In this document: positions 1-11,941 of the stretch, piece after piece
How positions within the stretch are numbered: the first letter of the stretch is position 1
Layout of the letters: each line of letters starts with the position of its first letter
Assembly: GCA_000934665.2 (NCBI GenBank)
Contig: JYFJ02004429.1
Span: forward strand, 1 to 32,360
DNA from: Catajapyx aquilonaris
Lineage: Eukaryota
DNA length: 32,360 nt
Reading direction: 5' to 3'
Made by a program: the position numbers and the translations under genes
The notes under the pieces: model-generated
Told to the model about the DNA's origin: nothing
The model's input: only the letters and a program-made list of their open reading frames with translations
The model's database searches: none

Positions 1-876
1 ACCTAGCGGCCTTGGTAGGAATCAAAACATGTTGTCACGTGGTGAACTGTTTTATTAGTTGACTTAGAGGCAGGAAAACTCGTGTGGTTTTTACCCCGTA
101 AAAATGTTGTAAGAATATTCGTGTGAGACAAATGCCGCCTCAGGGAACCGATATGCGAAATGCAAGCCCCATCGAGATATCACGCGTTTGCCCAATCGCG
201 TATCTCTCCCTCTCTCTCCCCTAAAAGAGAGAGCAGAGGAAAGAGAGAGGCGGAGCTGGCGGACTCAGTATGGCGTTAGTTGGCAAAGCAAGGACGAACT
301 CTTTCTCCAAACTGATGAAGGTCACCCTTTAGAAGCATTCTTCCATTGAATGACATATATTAGAGTGGCTGGACAGCAACATTTTGATCCAACTCCCCTG
401 CGTTGCCAAGTTTCAGTGATCTGCTCCAATCTAATTGACACGAATCATTGAGCCATGTGGGTGGCCTTTCTTTGCCAGGATAACTTTGAACAGGTCCTTT
501 AAGTCCGCTAACAAAATTCATTCGTGTTCCTGTCTCACTGCCTGTTATTTTTTGAGTTGCATTGCTTGGCCCACTTCCCACTTTCCACTCCAGGCAGGAA
601 TTAAATTAGACCGGTTTATGGGGGACCAATCAGCTCGCTTAGGGCACAGGGTACAAAGGGATCAAAAGGAAAACCGGTTTTGGAACCCTACTGTGAATGG
701 CTTAACCACAGAGGTCGAAGTATTTAGGACAAGCTTATTTTTTTGAGAAGCAATAATAGTGTACTTTTCCTCTGGTTATACATGGGCGTTTGATAATGCT
801 CTGCCTTTTGTTATTGAAAGACTTGGCTGAAGGCATTTGCTGTAGAGTGTGGAAGGGGATATGGTAGACTCTAGAT

Positions 877-1064
877 CAGTGGTTTCCTACCTGGGGGTCA
901 CGGGCAGGGTCGTGGGGGGTCGTGAGCCTTTGTTCAACTGTTTTTTTTTGCAATTTCTGTGTAAATGGAACAATTTTTGAGGCCATACAGAGTGTATGTT
1001 TTCTGGAAATGGGTCANGGGACATGTTTAGGGGGTCGCAGTTGGTAAAAGGTTGGAAACCACTG
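877..1064. mobile_element. hAT (Charlie/Buster-like) MITE
   Basis: TIRs CAGTGGTTTCCTACC / GGTTGGAAACCACTG; perfect 8-bp TSD CTCTAGAT (869-876, 1065-1072); GGGGTCG subterminal motifs. Confidence 0.9.
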
Positions 1065-1417
1065 CTCTAGATAAGTACGGTTCCCAACCAGGGTGTCGCG
1101 GACATCATGTAGGGGTGCCTTGAAAATCATGAATATCATGCAGGGTGTTTCTTACTAGTATGGCCAATAGCCATCAGCGTATTACTTGGGCTAACACAAG
1201 TCGAAAATGTAGGGCGGAGGGAATGTCAAGGGACCAACCGTAAACAAGGTAGATGACCAGAAACATTGGCCAGTAGTTGCCTAGGGAGCAGGATATGAGC
1301 ATGATAATTGTGACTGTTGGGATTTGTGAGGTCACCTCTTTCACATAAGTGATTGTCACCGCTCATCTCCTGCTCCTTAGGCAACCACCAGCCAATGATT
1401 CTGGTCATCCTCATTAA

Positions 1418-3214
1418 CCCTTTATTGTCTCCCGCTGCCCATTTTGGTTGTGTTATAATACAACCAAACAAAATACTTTTTAAAATTCACTGGTATAACC
1501 CCGACTGAAATTTCTTTCACTATAGCCTTAGGAAATGTTTGTAGTTTCTATGTTCATGAGTATTTACGCCACTTGCGTGATGGTTTTAATGGCATGACGT
1601 CATAGGCCGAAGGTCTCATTCATTGTAAACGAACAGCAACAAACACTTACTGCACCAATTTAAATACACACAGCTCTCTGCCGCCTATATCCTGGTATGT
1701 GGACATGCAGGTGAAAACCATTTAAAAAATTCCCGACATTCTGCGACTTACTTTTCGCCGGGGAAAAAATCAGAAGGATCTGTTAGTCCGGGCCCTAAGG
1801 GTCTTAACCTTGCATTTTGTGATAAGAAGGTGCCACTTGGCACATATGTTCCCTAGGCCTATAGCGCTATAGGAGCAATTCCAGAGTTGCAGGCAACTGA
1901 TCGGCCCCTTAGGTCACGAGTTATGCGGTGTTGCCAACATGGCCAGGGATGACCTGAGCGTTTTTAACGTTTCATTTTGTGATAAAAAGGTACCGCTTGG
2001 CACATATGTTCCCTAGGGCTGTAGGAGTCGTTTGAGAGATGGCGGCACTTGATCAGCTCCTTAGGTCAGGAGTTATGCGGTGTTGCCAACCTGGTCCTGG
2101 ACCTAAGAGTTTTGAACCATTTTTAACTTTGCATTTTGGGATTTTGGCAAGCATGTTCCCCAGGCCTAGAGGATCCATTGGAGAGTTGGCGGCACCTGAT
2201 CAGCCCCTTAGGCCACGAGTTATGCGGTTATGCTTAGGTCCCGGACCAGGTTGGCAACACCGCATAACTCCTCACCTAAGGAGTCGATCACGTGCCGCCA
2301 TCTCTCAAATGGATCCTATTGACCTAGTGAACATGTCTGCCAAGTGGCACCTTCTTATCACAAAGTGCCGAGTTAAAACGCTTAGTTCCCTGATCAGGTT
2401 GGCAACACCACATTACTCGTGACCTAAGGGGCCGATCAGTTGCCTGCAACTCTGAAATTGCTCCCATAGGCCTAAGGAACATATGTACCAAGTGGCACCT
2501 TCTTATCCCAAAATGCAACGTTAAAAACGCTCAGGTCATCCCCGGCCATGTTGGCAACACCGCATAACTTGTGACCTAAGGGGCCGATCAGTTGCCTGCA
2601 ACTCTGGAATTGCTCCTATAGGCCTAAGGAACATAATTATGTGCCAAGTGGCACCTTCTTATCACAAAGTGCAAGGTTAGGCCTGATTTTTGCGCTTCGG
2701 GTCCGGACTATGTGAAGGATAGGCAATCTCCCCCACCACCATTTTGGTTGTAAAAAGCATCCTCGCTCCTAATTGGCCGGGTGGACTGCTCCGAGCTCTG
2801 GGCGTTGCCCGCTTGCCACCTGAGCTGCCTTTTGTTGCACCTGGCGGATCACATTACTTCTTTTAAACCAGACCTTTAAAACGATTTTAACGGACACTTA
2901 ATGTTTTCATAATTCATCAGAGGCTGGGCAATCATATAGAATTATGTTGGATTTTTTTAGAGGGATAGAAGCCGCCTAAAAAGAGCCGCATAGATGTCGT
3001 AATAGGATGACATCACCATCTTGTGCATAGTATATGAGGTGGTTGATGCCCTCTGTTGTTATGCAACGTAGGTTGGTATGTCTCGAAATGTTTAGCTCCC
3101 TCTTGTGCAAGAATTGAGATTGAAACCAATGGTGCCAGATTCAATTATTTTCACCTAGGGCACTCTTTTTAAACCACCACCCAAAGAGTGCATTATCGAT
3201 AGGAAGACATAGGG
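1418..3214. mobile_element. piggyBac-like non-autonomous element
   Basis: TTAA|CCCT...AGGG|TTAA (TTAA at 1414-1417 and 3215-3218); homologous in inverse orientation to about 14015-14780. Confidence 0.8.
1784..2710. mobile_element. Foldback DNA element with 3-bp TSD and about 155-bp inverted tandem subrepeats (Academ-like termini)
   Basis: Termini TAGTCCGGGCCC / GGGTCCGGACTA; TSD TGT, supported by the empty site GATCTGTGAAGG in the paralogous host near 14050; three forward units (1804-2230) then three inverted units (2234-2680). Superfamily is inferred. Confidence 0.8.
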
Positions 3215-3377
3215 TTAATGGTTGGTCCCAGGACATTTCTCCACCCTACACTTTCGACTTCATTTGGCCCAAGGAACATGCCGACGGCAGTTGGCCATAC
3301 GAGTAAGAAACACCCTGTATAATGAGTGTCATAATCAGCCCCCGGACACTACCTCAAATTTCTTTTCTTATCGGCTA

Positions 3378-3690
3378 CCGGGGCGTTTTGCAGGAGGTGC
3401 TCACCTGAGAGCGCCATGATACCTTTCACTGCAGTGTTATGTGGCGACCCTACCGGACTACGCTGAACTTAGGTAGAAGAGAAGCGATTCGAGGCGATGC
3501 CATCGATAATTAGATCCAGAACATGCTTCCATGTTGTTATACGTGCGGATAGGTGCTTCAATCGAGGGCATCGACACGAATCGCTTCTCTTCTACCTAAG
3601 TTCAGCGTAGTCCGGTAGGGTCGCCACATAACAGTGCAGTGAAATGTCTCATGGCGCTCTCAGGTGAGCACCTCCTGCAAAACTCCCCGG
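3378..3690. repeat. Long inverted repeat (130-bp arms, 53-nt spacer), probable MITE
   Basis: 3378-3507 is the near-perfect reverse complement of 3561-3690; weaker outer GGACACT/AGTGTCC match. Confidence 0.85.
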
Positions 3691-3963
3691 CAGGGGGTAG
3701 GTGGGAGTGTCCAGACCTTAGTATTTTATGACCATGGTCATAATACTGGTTGAAATGTAATGCAACTCTATTTGCTATTTCACTTTTCACTAGGAAATAT
3801 TGCCCATGTCTATTCACAAGAAGTATTATACTGACTGATTGTAAAGTTAGGAGTGCCTTCAGAATTTTTGGTGTGTGTAGGGGTGCCTCGAGCAAAAAAA
3901 AGGTTGGGAACCGGTGCTCTTGATGTTCCTGTCAGTAGGAAATTGGCACACCTTAATGTTGAT

Positions 3964-5683
3964 CGGGCCCTGCAGGGGGGGGGGGGGGGGNNNGGGGGGG
4001 CAGCTGGGTACACTTGCCCCGGGCCTCAGTACGGCCAGGGGGCCCCGCCAGGGGCCCCAGGCCGGACTTATCCAACCAGCCGACAGAAACTTACTGGGAA
4101 AAATACCCAATCCCAATGGCGTCTTAACACAAATAGGACCTAATCATTTCTGGAGGCCCCATTTCAATAGTGACTTATAATTCCCAAATTTTGGCAATAA
4201 TAATAACAATAATAAGCCAATTTGGGGCCCCTATTTAGGTTGGGGACTCGGGGCCCTATAATTCAATACCGGCTCTTAAATGTCAATTTTTTCCAATAGA
4301 AATTCGCCAATTTGGGGCCCCCTGTTTCGGTCGGGGGCTTGGACCCTCTCCATATGCAAGGATTCGATCAGACATTCAGACTTGCCCAAACACTCACTGA
4401 TTCTCTCACCCTGAAAATGCAACCACTCAAGATGTGGGGAAAAGGAAAAGGGCTTGCCTACATAGAGTACAGTTCTGTTTAAAGGGGAACCTAGCCAAAA
4501 TTTTGAAGGCCTTAAAATGAGCCCTTGGCGAATATTGTTTTTGGTTAGTAAAAGTGGTCAAAACCCAATGAATTACGTACATCAAAAGACGGAGGAAGAC
4601 GAGGAGAATGCAACAATAGAATTGGCTTTACTCGATGTAACCAGAAAACCCTTTGTCATTCCATAGGTCACATATCTCATAATTTGGGCCCCCTAAAATT
4701 AGTGATGAATCTGCAAAACATCCCTCATAATTTACCTGGTTTCAAATTGAACATAACCTTAAACCTTAGAGCTTATGGTGGTCAAAACTCATGTCACGAA
4801 ATATGACTGAAGTTACGCAAACGCATCACTAATAATTATCGGAGTCCAAGTTCTTGGACATGTGATTGAGCATGTGATGAATATAGAACGAATGGCACAC
4901 GTTTTTCTGCTTACATTTTTGAGGAGAATGTGTTAATTTCATAGTTCCGTTTTCTAGTCTTTTTACTTCATTTGTTTACTGGGTTTTGACCAATTCCACT
5001 AACCGAAAATGTTCTTCCAAAAAAGGCCTCATTTTAGCAATTTCCCAAATTCGCGAATTTATCCCTCCTCACGGTATTGAGCAATATGGATGAAACTTGA
5101 TATTTAGCATTATGGAATGGTTGTGCACTTCTGTGTTTATTTCCACCAAAATCCGAGAAGGTCAAGCAATATTTCGTCCCACTTGATTCGGAATGACCCC
5201 AAGAGGACTTTGGTTCTTTGACAGCCACAATTAATGTTTAAGACAAAATTCAGACAGAATGATAGGTCATTATGAGTTACCAGTGACCTAAGGAACATAA
5301 AAATGGCAATTAATTTCCAAGAACAAAAATGTTGATTTTTGTTACATAGTGTAATTATATTATTATAAATGCCTCCTGTCGGGCATTAAAAACCCTAATT
5401 AATTAAGATACCATGTGTGCAAGAGGAGCCATGACATTGCAATAGTAGGGGCTCGGTTCCCCAAGACCCTATTTGTGTGCATTTACAGCCCTTTTTCTCT
5501 TTTCCACATCTCCACTGGTTGCATTTCCAGGGTGGGCATATTGTTCTGTGCTTGTGCAAGTGAAATCAGTTGACTACCTACTGGCACATCTCATTGACTG
5601 ACTTTGTACATTTTATGTCGTTATAAGAAGGGGCCTCTAACATGATCCTGCCCCGGGCTTCAGACAAGCTCTGCAGGGCCCTG
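3964..5683. mobile_element. Degenerate hAT-like element
   Basis: Ends GGGCCCTGCAG / CTGCAGGGCCCTG; TGCCCCGGGCYTCAG motif near both ends; internal CCAATTTGGGGCCCC repeats; no clear TSD. Confidence 0.5.
4483..5462. mobile_element. Kolobok-like non-autonomous remnant nested in the preceding element
   Basis: TTAA|AGGGGAACCTAGCC at left, GGCTCGGTTCCCC at right (12/13 inverted match); additional about 60-bp internal inverted repeat (4511-4570 vs 4975-5037). Right TTAA not seen. Confidence 0.4.
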
Positions 5684-5746
5684 ATCATACCACTATAATT
5701 TTCTAATGTCCTGAAGAAGAAAAATGTATCTATGCACTTAATTGTA

Positions 5747-6145
5747 CAGGGTGTTTCTTACTAGTAGGTCAATTCGAAGTCAGCGTATTCCTTGGGCTAA
5801 AACAAGTCGAAACTGTAAGGGGCGGGGGGTGGGGGGATGTTGAGGGACCAACTTTAATGAGGTAGATGACCAGAAACATTGGCCAGTGGTTGCCTAGGGA
5901 GCAGGATATGAGCAATGATAATCACTTCTGTGAAAGAGGTGATCTCACAAACCCCAACAGTTATGATTTTCACACACATGTCACATGTCACATGTCCTGC
6001 TCCTTAGGCAACCACTGGCCAATGTTTCTGGTCATCTACCTTGTTAACAGTTGGTCCCTCAACACCCCCCCCCCCCTACATTTTCGACTTGTTTTGGCCC
6101 AAGGAATACGCTGACTTCAGGTGACCTACTCTTAAGAACACCCTG
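5747..6145. mobile_element. Tc1/mariner-type foldback MITE, family A (intact)
   Basis: TA|CAGGGTGTTTCTTA...AAGAACACCCTG|TA; largely self-complementary. Confidence 0.9.
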
Positions 6146-6235
6146 TATATTGTGTCCCCACAAAACGTCCCTGTGTCGGAACACGGGGTAATAAGTAAAA
6201 TTAAAATAAATGAAAATAAATTAAATACCACTATA

Positions 6236-6402
6236 CTGCCGTCAGCTGTAAGAAGACCGTAACTCAAAAACTAGTAAGGGTGAAAGTCGCATACACGCCC
6301 TGCACTAATCCCCTCTGAGTCAGGGGGGATTAGTGCAGGGCATGCATGCGACTTTCACCCTTACTAGTTTTTGACTTATGGTATTCTTACATCTGACGGC
6401 AG
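6236..6402. mobile_element. Palindromic MITE (TA or TATA flanks)
   Basis: TATA|CTGCCGTCAG...CTGACGGCAG|TATA; the whole 167 bp folds into one hairpin. Confidence 0.85.
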
Positions 6403-6917
6403 TATAATGACCCTCCAGTAAACTCCTCAATCTGCATTGTAAATATAGAGCAGCATTTAAAAATATCAACGTCCTTCTTGCTTTGCAACTTTGTCTACCA
6501 CTGCTTTATTTGGCAACTGACCAAAGAGGTCTCTGCTGATGTTTTCCTAAGTGTCATTTGTTGATATTAGAGGTGAATACGTACTATCGCATGGTATTAT
6601 TCCAGAAACTTTCGCGTGCTTCTCTTATGGGAGAAATGTCTACGATAATACTTAGCCAACAGTACATATGGGAACACACTACTAAATGGACCATTTCCCC
6701 CACAATTTTATGGAATAACAATAATGGCTTTCATTGTGAAAATCAACACTTGTGTGCTCCACAGTCAGCTATGAGGGCTCATTTATGGATGGTTATTAAT
6801 TATATCCTGCTGTAGCTTAAGTGTCAGTACTGCCTGTTCTCTGCCAAGGATGAAGTCAGTGGAAAAATTTAAATAGAGTAGGACTTTGACTCACCATGAG
6901 TGTTCCTTTTCACAGAG

Positions 6918-7622
6918 ATGGCACCACATCGGGACGTACGATTAAGCAAGGCTCTCTCCTGGTTGCTACGCCATGCAGCTGAGAAGGAAGGGCTGCAGAT
7001 GGAGGAAGGAGGGTTTATTAATGTGGAACGAATTTTGCAGCATCCTCGGTTGAAGTCTTACTCAACCCAGGACATTGAAAGGGTTGTAGCAAACAACGAC
7101 AAGCAGAGATTTGCCCTTCGAACCTGTCCCGTTACAGGAAAATTGCAGATCCGAGCTAATCAGGGACACTCACTTCCAGTGGAAGTTGAAATGGAACCTA
7201 TCCTGTCACCCTCTGAAGTTAGCAAGGCAATACATGGGACTTACTTGAATTGCTGGAACCGCATCCAGAAGGAAGGAATAAGTTGCATGGGCCGTAATCA
7301 CATCCACATGGCACCATCAGAGCCAGGTAGTTCTGGTGTCATTAGTGGCATGAGGTCTACTTGTCAGATACACATCTATGTAGATGTGGAAAAGGCTATG
7401 CAAGGTACTTACTTAAATCTTACTTTAACAGTGCTGTGCCAGTTCTAACCTTTTGTTTTTGCAGGTGGTATCACATTTTTTAGGTCAGCAAACAATGTTA
7501 TCCTGAGTCCAGGAAATGAGCATCGTGTGATTCCACCAGAGTATTTCCAGCGCATTGTAAATATTTCAACCGGAGAAGTATTGGGAGTGGACAGTTACAA
7601 AAAATCAAGTGGAATAAGTTAA
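6918..7622 (+). CDS. TRPT1: tRNA 2'-phosphotransferase 1 (Tpt1/KptA family), join(6918..7404,7465..7622), 214 aa
   Basis: Translation has the Tpt1 motifs LSKALSWLLRH, NDKQRF, IRANQGHS, AIHGT, MGRNHIH, VISGMR. A 60-nt intron (CAAG|gtactt...ttctaac...ttttgcag|GT) continues in frame as GGITFFRSANNVILSPG...IPPEYF to TAA at 7620-7622. A 3' splice site (ttccttttcacag) just before the ATG implies an upstream exon, probably non-coding. Confidence 0.95.
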
Positions 7623-8294
7623 ATGGATTAGAGTTGGACAGGTGAGAGTTAGACAAAATGTACAAGGCTATGTTCGCAGTAAAGTTTCCACTGAGTCAAG
7701 TGGGCATTGAAGAGCTGTGGCTTGCATGATAGCATTTGGGGCTTCCGATTCTCAATCTGTCTCATACGTGATGGAAACAGGTCGAATTCTATTTTCATTG
7801 GGATCTTAGACAAGTTAGGAGGGAAGGGTGGAGTGATGGACTGGGAGAACCGTTACTGCATTTGTCAAAATGAAATGCAAGGAATCCAAGTCATTTGTTA
7901 TGTCTTGTCATCTCTGAGCATGTTTTTAAAAGACTGTTTCACCAATTTCATGGATAATGAGTGGGGCAAGAAATGGGCAGCAGTGGGGCACAGAAGAAAC
8001 TGTATAGGATCATAGCAACCCTATTTGCAAGGATACACATTTAAAAACCTTTGTGACTCTCTTGCTGCCTGTTTCCTAGCCACCAGAATCCATCCTGTTG
8101 TACTTTAGTGATTCCACTACCACTCTGCTACAGCTGGCAGCGTCATCACTGAATTCTTGAATTGACACCACTCACTTTCTGCTTGCAAAACATCGATTTC
8201 CTACACCACTTACTTGCCACATAATTTGTGAAACAGCCTTTTTGCCAATTTTAGAGCATGGCTGGATCAGTAGGTGAAAAACAAATTCAGTGTA

Positions 8295-9309
8295 CAGTGC
8301 TGGACACATTAGCCGCTGAATGTTTTTTTTCCGTCGGCGGCGGCGCTGCGTTACCTGGCAACCCCGTCCAGCGGGCCAATTCAAACATCAGCACATGGGG
8401 AGTGCTTCCATTGTTGCCACCATTTACAAATAGAGTGAGTGACGTGGACGACCCAGCGACGGGTCTTTTCTGCCTGCTTACACAGTATCTGCAGGAATAT
8501 GCAGGAGAAAACGGGAAAATAATGGTGTAGAAGCAAACCACATTGGGAAAATTATATCCCTGGACTCAAAGAAAGGTTTTCATCCACAGCACACGAAATA
8601 TATTCCACCCCTGAGGAGGGGGTGTCAATGATTAAGATCAGGGGTGTGCTAATTGAAAGTGCGTCACCTGACGGATTCTTTCGTTTTTGTGTCTTTTCTG
8701 CGTACTTCGACACCTCTAAGACGAATGGAGACCATGCCCCGTATGTCAGACACCACGTCAGTCTCGTAATTTGTCCCCAAAGACGTCATAGCTCAAAATG
8801 GCTTCCGCTGTTTCGCATATACGAGTACGTGTCGTTCGGGTCATATTCGAGCCAGGAAGAGATACACGACTAACATGACACGTACAGGGATTGGACACAA
8901 TAATATGAACACCTGCAACAAGCGTTAGTTGTGTATCTCTTCCTGGTGCGAATATGACGTGAACGACACGTACTCGTATATGCGGAACAGCGGAAGCCAT
9001 TTTGACGAAACATGTGGACGAAAACCTTTCTTTGAGTCCAGGGATAATTTTCCCAACGTGGTTTGCTTCTAACATCATTATTTTCCCGTTTTCTCCTGCA
9101 TATCCCTTGCTACTGATGTGTAAGCAGGCAGAAGAGACCCGTCGCTGGGTCGTCCGCGTCACTCACTCGATTTGTAAACAGAGGCAATAATGGAAGCACT
9201 CTCCACATGCTGATGTTTGAATTGGCCCGCCGGACGGGGTTGCCAGGTGCCACCGGCGCCGGCGCCGCCGAAAAAAAACATTCAGCGACGGCTAATGTGT
9301 CCAGCACTG
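8295..9309. mobile_element. Tc1-like element with about 295-bp TIRs and an internal hairpin (8793-9005)
   Basis: TA|CAGTGCTGGACACATTAGCCG...CGGCTAATGTGTCCAGCACTG|TA; arms about 8295-8590 and 9010-9309; second internal palindrome with about 82-bp arms. Confidence 0.9.
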
Positions 9310-10047
9310 TACAACATACCATTGAAATAGGCTTAACTATCATAACCATTCATAGCAGCTTTGTTATTTTGTGTAATGAACTTTTAACTTTCCACAAAAA
9401 TGTGTATTTTACATTCATGAGAAGCGTGGCAAGAAGGCATGGTTTTGTACGTAGAGTAGCACCTCCCCTCTCCCTTGCAACACTGCGAATGTTATTCTTC
9501 ATATACACCTTTCAGTTGTTTCGAGTCAGTTTCCTTCAAGCTGTTGTTGAAGTATGTTCTCTTTCTCCCTTGCAAATATGCAAGGGCAGAAAGTCAACCC
9601 TTCTCCACCTCAACTGACACCTCCCCCTCCTCCCATCTGACCACAGCCTGGAGTTTCCACTCCCACCATGGCCCTTGTTGATATGGCAGCAGTGAAAGAA
9701 ACTCCTGCAGTTTTCAAGAGTCACATTTGATGAGGGTGGACATTACACTAAGGCAATAGGGATGTGAGATGGCCCCTTCACATTCCAGACAGTGTGCCTT
9801 TCATGTGTCTCAAGGAAGCACACTTCTATAGCTCAATCAAGTTGTCACCCCTGACATGATGTAAATGGGCTCATCCAGGAGAACAAATGAAGGCTGAAGG
9901 CTGCCTGAAATGCACTTTTCTAGCTCAGGGTCAAGGCAGAATACCTATTGTAAACATGGCTTATGTGATGTTCAGACCACCTCTTCTTGCCACTCTTTCC
10001 ATAAATATACATTAGGACAATTCAAATAAGATAACTTTTTGGTTATA

Positions 10048-10363
10048 CACTGTACTTGTGATTATCCGGGCACCAATTATTATCTGTGCATCGCCAAAAA
10101 ATAAAGTTAAAAATAAAAGTCGGAAAAAATGTCAGTATGTCTCGCAAACGAAGAAATATAACAGACGTTTTTTAGAAGAAAAAGTAAAAATCTACGGTAA
10201 GTTTATTATTTAATTAAACATGACTTAGAGCAACATACGTACACTCTGTCCAGTCGTGCATTACAAACCTGTGAATAGTTCATTTTTACGGTATCTAGAA
10301 CAATTTTTGGATTATCTATTGACACCTGTGCAGTCATCAGCCTGGATAATTGGGAGTACAGTG
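10048..10363. mobile_element. pogo/Tigger-like MITE
   Basis: TA|CACTGTACT..ATTATCCGGGC and GCCTGGATAATTGGGAGTACAGTG|TA inverted ends. Confidence 0.7.
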
Positions 10364-10610
10364 TATATTGGATGAATGGTTATGGAGATTGACTTTTTTT
10401 GTCAAGGTGTGAGGTGAACATTGTTAATTTTTTGGGATTCCTTAATTTTCTTAATTTTTAACTGACATACTGACGCATAAGAACCAATGTATAACATTGC
10501 TATAATTATGGCAAAAATCTTGGTATATCTTTAGTCAGGTCAAAAAATGTAGATGTCATTATCATTTAATGATTTTTGAGTCATTAATTTCTTAATGCAT
10601 TACTCATCAC

Positions 10611-11302
10611 GAGAGTCCGTATTTTTAAGCAAATGCCTGTTTAGTTCCAACAGTTGGGATCGTTTTGTGGAGAGACCTATCCGTTTCATAAGTGTAGGAT
10701 GTGGAAAATGTAGGTTTTCTAGTGCCTAAAATTGCCTATTTTGTGGTTTTGGGAACTGTTTTGCCTATTCTGGCTTTTTGCGACTTCATGCCTATCTGGC
10801 ATTTTTTGGGATAGTTTTTGTACTTTTTGAAGCAATTTCTGGACTTTTTGGGCCTATTACGGACCTATTTCTTCAGAAGCATGTTTGGTTTCTTTGCAGA
10901 GTTTTTTTTGTGCTCCTGAAAGGTACAAAATCGTTGAGAAGTAATACTACGCATCGTGATTCTGTGACTCGTATTATACATATTGTGCAAGTGGATACTG
11001 CCTATAATCGGTCAAGTCCAGATTAAATGATAGATACTTGCTTGCACTTTGTGTCTTTGCCCAAGTTTCGTGATTTCCTGTCAGTTTATCATTGTTATTC
11101 GGTTTTGCTCTGGTTTGTGACCTGATATTTATTCTTTAGGCCTATAAAATTATTGTAGCTTTTTATTCTCTGTTACATTATCCTCCATACTCCCGAAAAA
11201 GTAAAAATTTTGTGCCTATTTGAGGTTTTTCGTGAAGTCCCTATTTGAGGGTTTTTTCATGTCTATTTCTGGGTTTTTCCGTGCCTAAAAATTCGGACTC
11301 GA
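10611..11302. mobile_element. hAT non-autonomous element
   Basis: Perfect 8-bp TSD CTCATCAC (10603-10610, 11303-11310); TIR GAGTCCGTATTTTTAAGCA / TGCCTAAAAATTCGGACTC; many GCCTAT subterminal repeats. Confidence 0.85.
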
Positions 11303-11941
11303 CTCATCACCCAGGAACAGTAGTCTAGTTTTGAATTAACTTAGGCTGACAGGGTATCACACAGTATGCTGAAAATGCTGCTGCAGCCAACTGTTATCCC
11401 AAATACTTGTAGCACAAGCAATATTCCATCATCAAATTCTTCTAGAAGTTTTACTTATTAATGATGAGTATCGTTATTTTATCCCCTTAGGGCCTTAACA
11501 CCAAATATGTGCGACTCTTTCTATTGGCACTTACAGGGCCCTTGCAAGCCTGGAGAATAAATTTTTTATGAAAAATGGCTGATGCATCAAGGGTGGAGAA
11601 ATAATAAACATAATCTCTTTGACAAGCAGTGCAGAGTGTCATGGAATTCTGCAGAATCTTCTTATTTGTGAGTGGTCAAGATGTCAGTTCTAAGGGATGT
11701 GTAGAAGATGCATAAACAAACACCTTATGTTGTTTGATTTTAAAAAATTGGCTTCAGTCTGTGTCTTTGTAAGACAAGCTGGTGTGAATTACTCACAGCA
11801 TCTCTCATGGACTTTGGAGCAGATGAAAATGTATCATATAAAAAATGATCATGCTGAAAATGAGCCTTTATCATCATTTAGTATGTGGGTGCTGACTTAT
11901 TTTGACCAGAAGTGCTGGCCTTGAAAACCACCATGCGTAAT

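Larger units (their letters stand above)
1141..3317. mobile_element. Tc1/mariner-type foldback MITE, family A, split by a TTAA insertion
   Basis: TIR CAGGGTGTTTCTTACT; halves 1141-1417 and 3215-3317 rejoin to match the intact copy at 5747-6145. Confidence 0.85.
1073..3916. mobile_element. Older hAT non-autonomous element hosting nested insertions
   Basis: Ends share CGGTTCCCAACC / GGTTGGGAACCG and a TGTAGGGGTGCCT subterminal motif; flanks CTCTAGAT / CTCTTGAT match 7 of 8. The left terminus is degenerate. Confidence 0.6.

Noticed and set aside
312..340. CTGATGA as a hammerhead ribozyme core
   Set aside because: No stem II followed by GAAA and no matching stems I and III.
1804..2680. Repeated about 155-bp units as a CRISPR-like array
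   Set aside because: Units are long, contiguous, lack unique spacers, invert midway and lie inside TIRs and a TSD; eukaryotic context with no cas genes.
3451..3617. TAGTCCGG motifs inside the 3378-3690 palindrome matching the termini of the 1784-2710 element
   Set aside because: Only an 8-bp match, facing outward, with no TSD; not distinguishable from chance.
3975..4000. Poly-G tracts with Ns (also near 25700, 27255, 27650) as G-quadruplex features
   Set aside because: They coincide with assembly ambiguities, so length and sequence are unreliable.
10531..10610. Minus-strand GTGATGA...CTGA as a C/D snoRNA
   Set aside because: The C box coincides with a hAT TSD, the terminal stem is weak and I recognise no rRNA-complementary guide.
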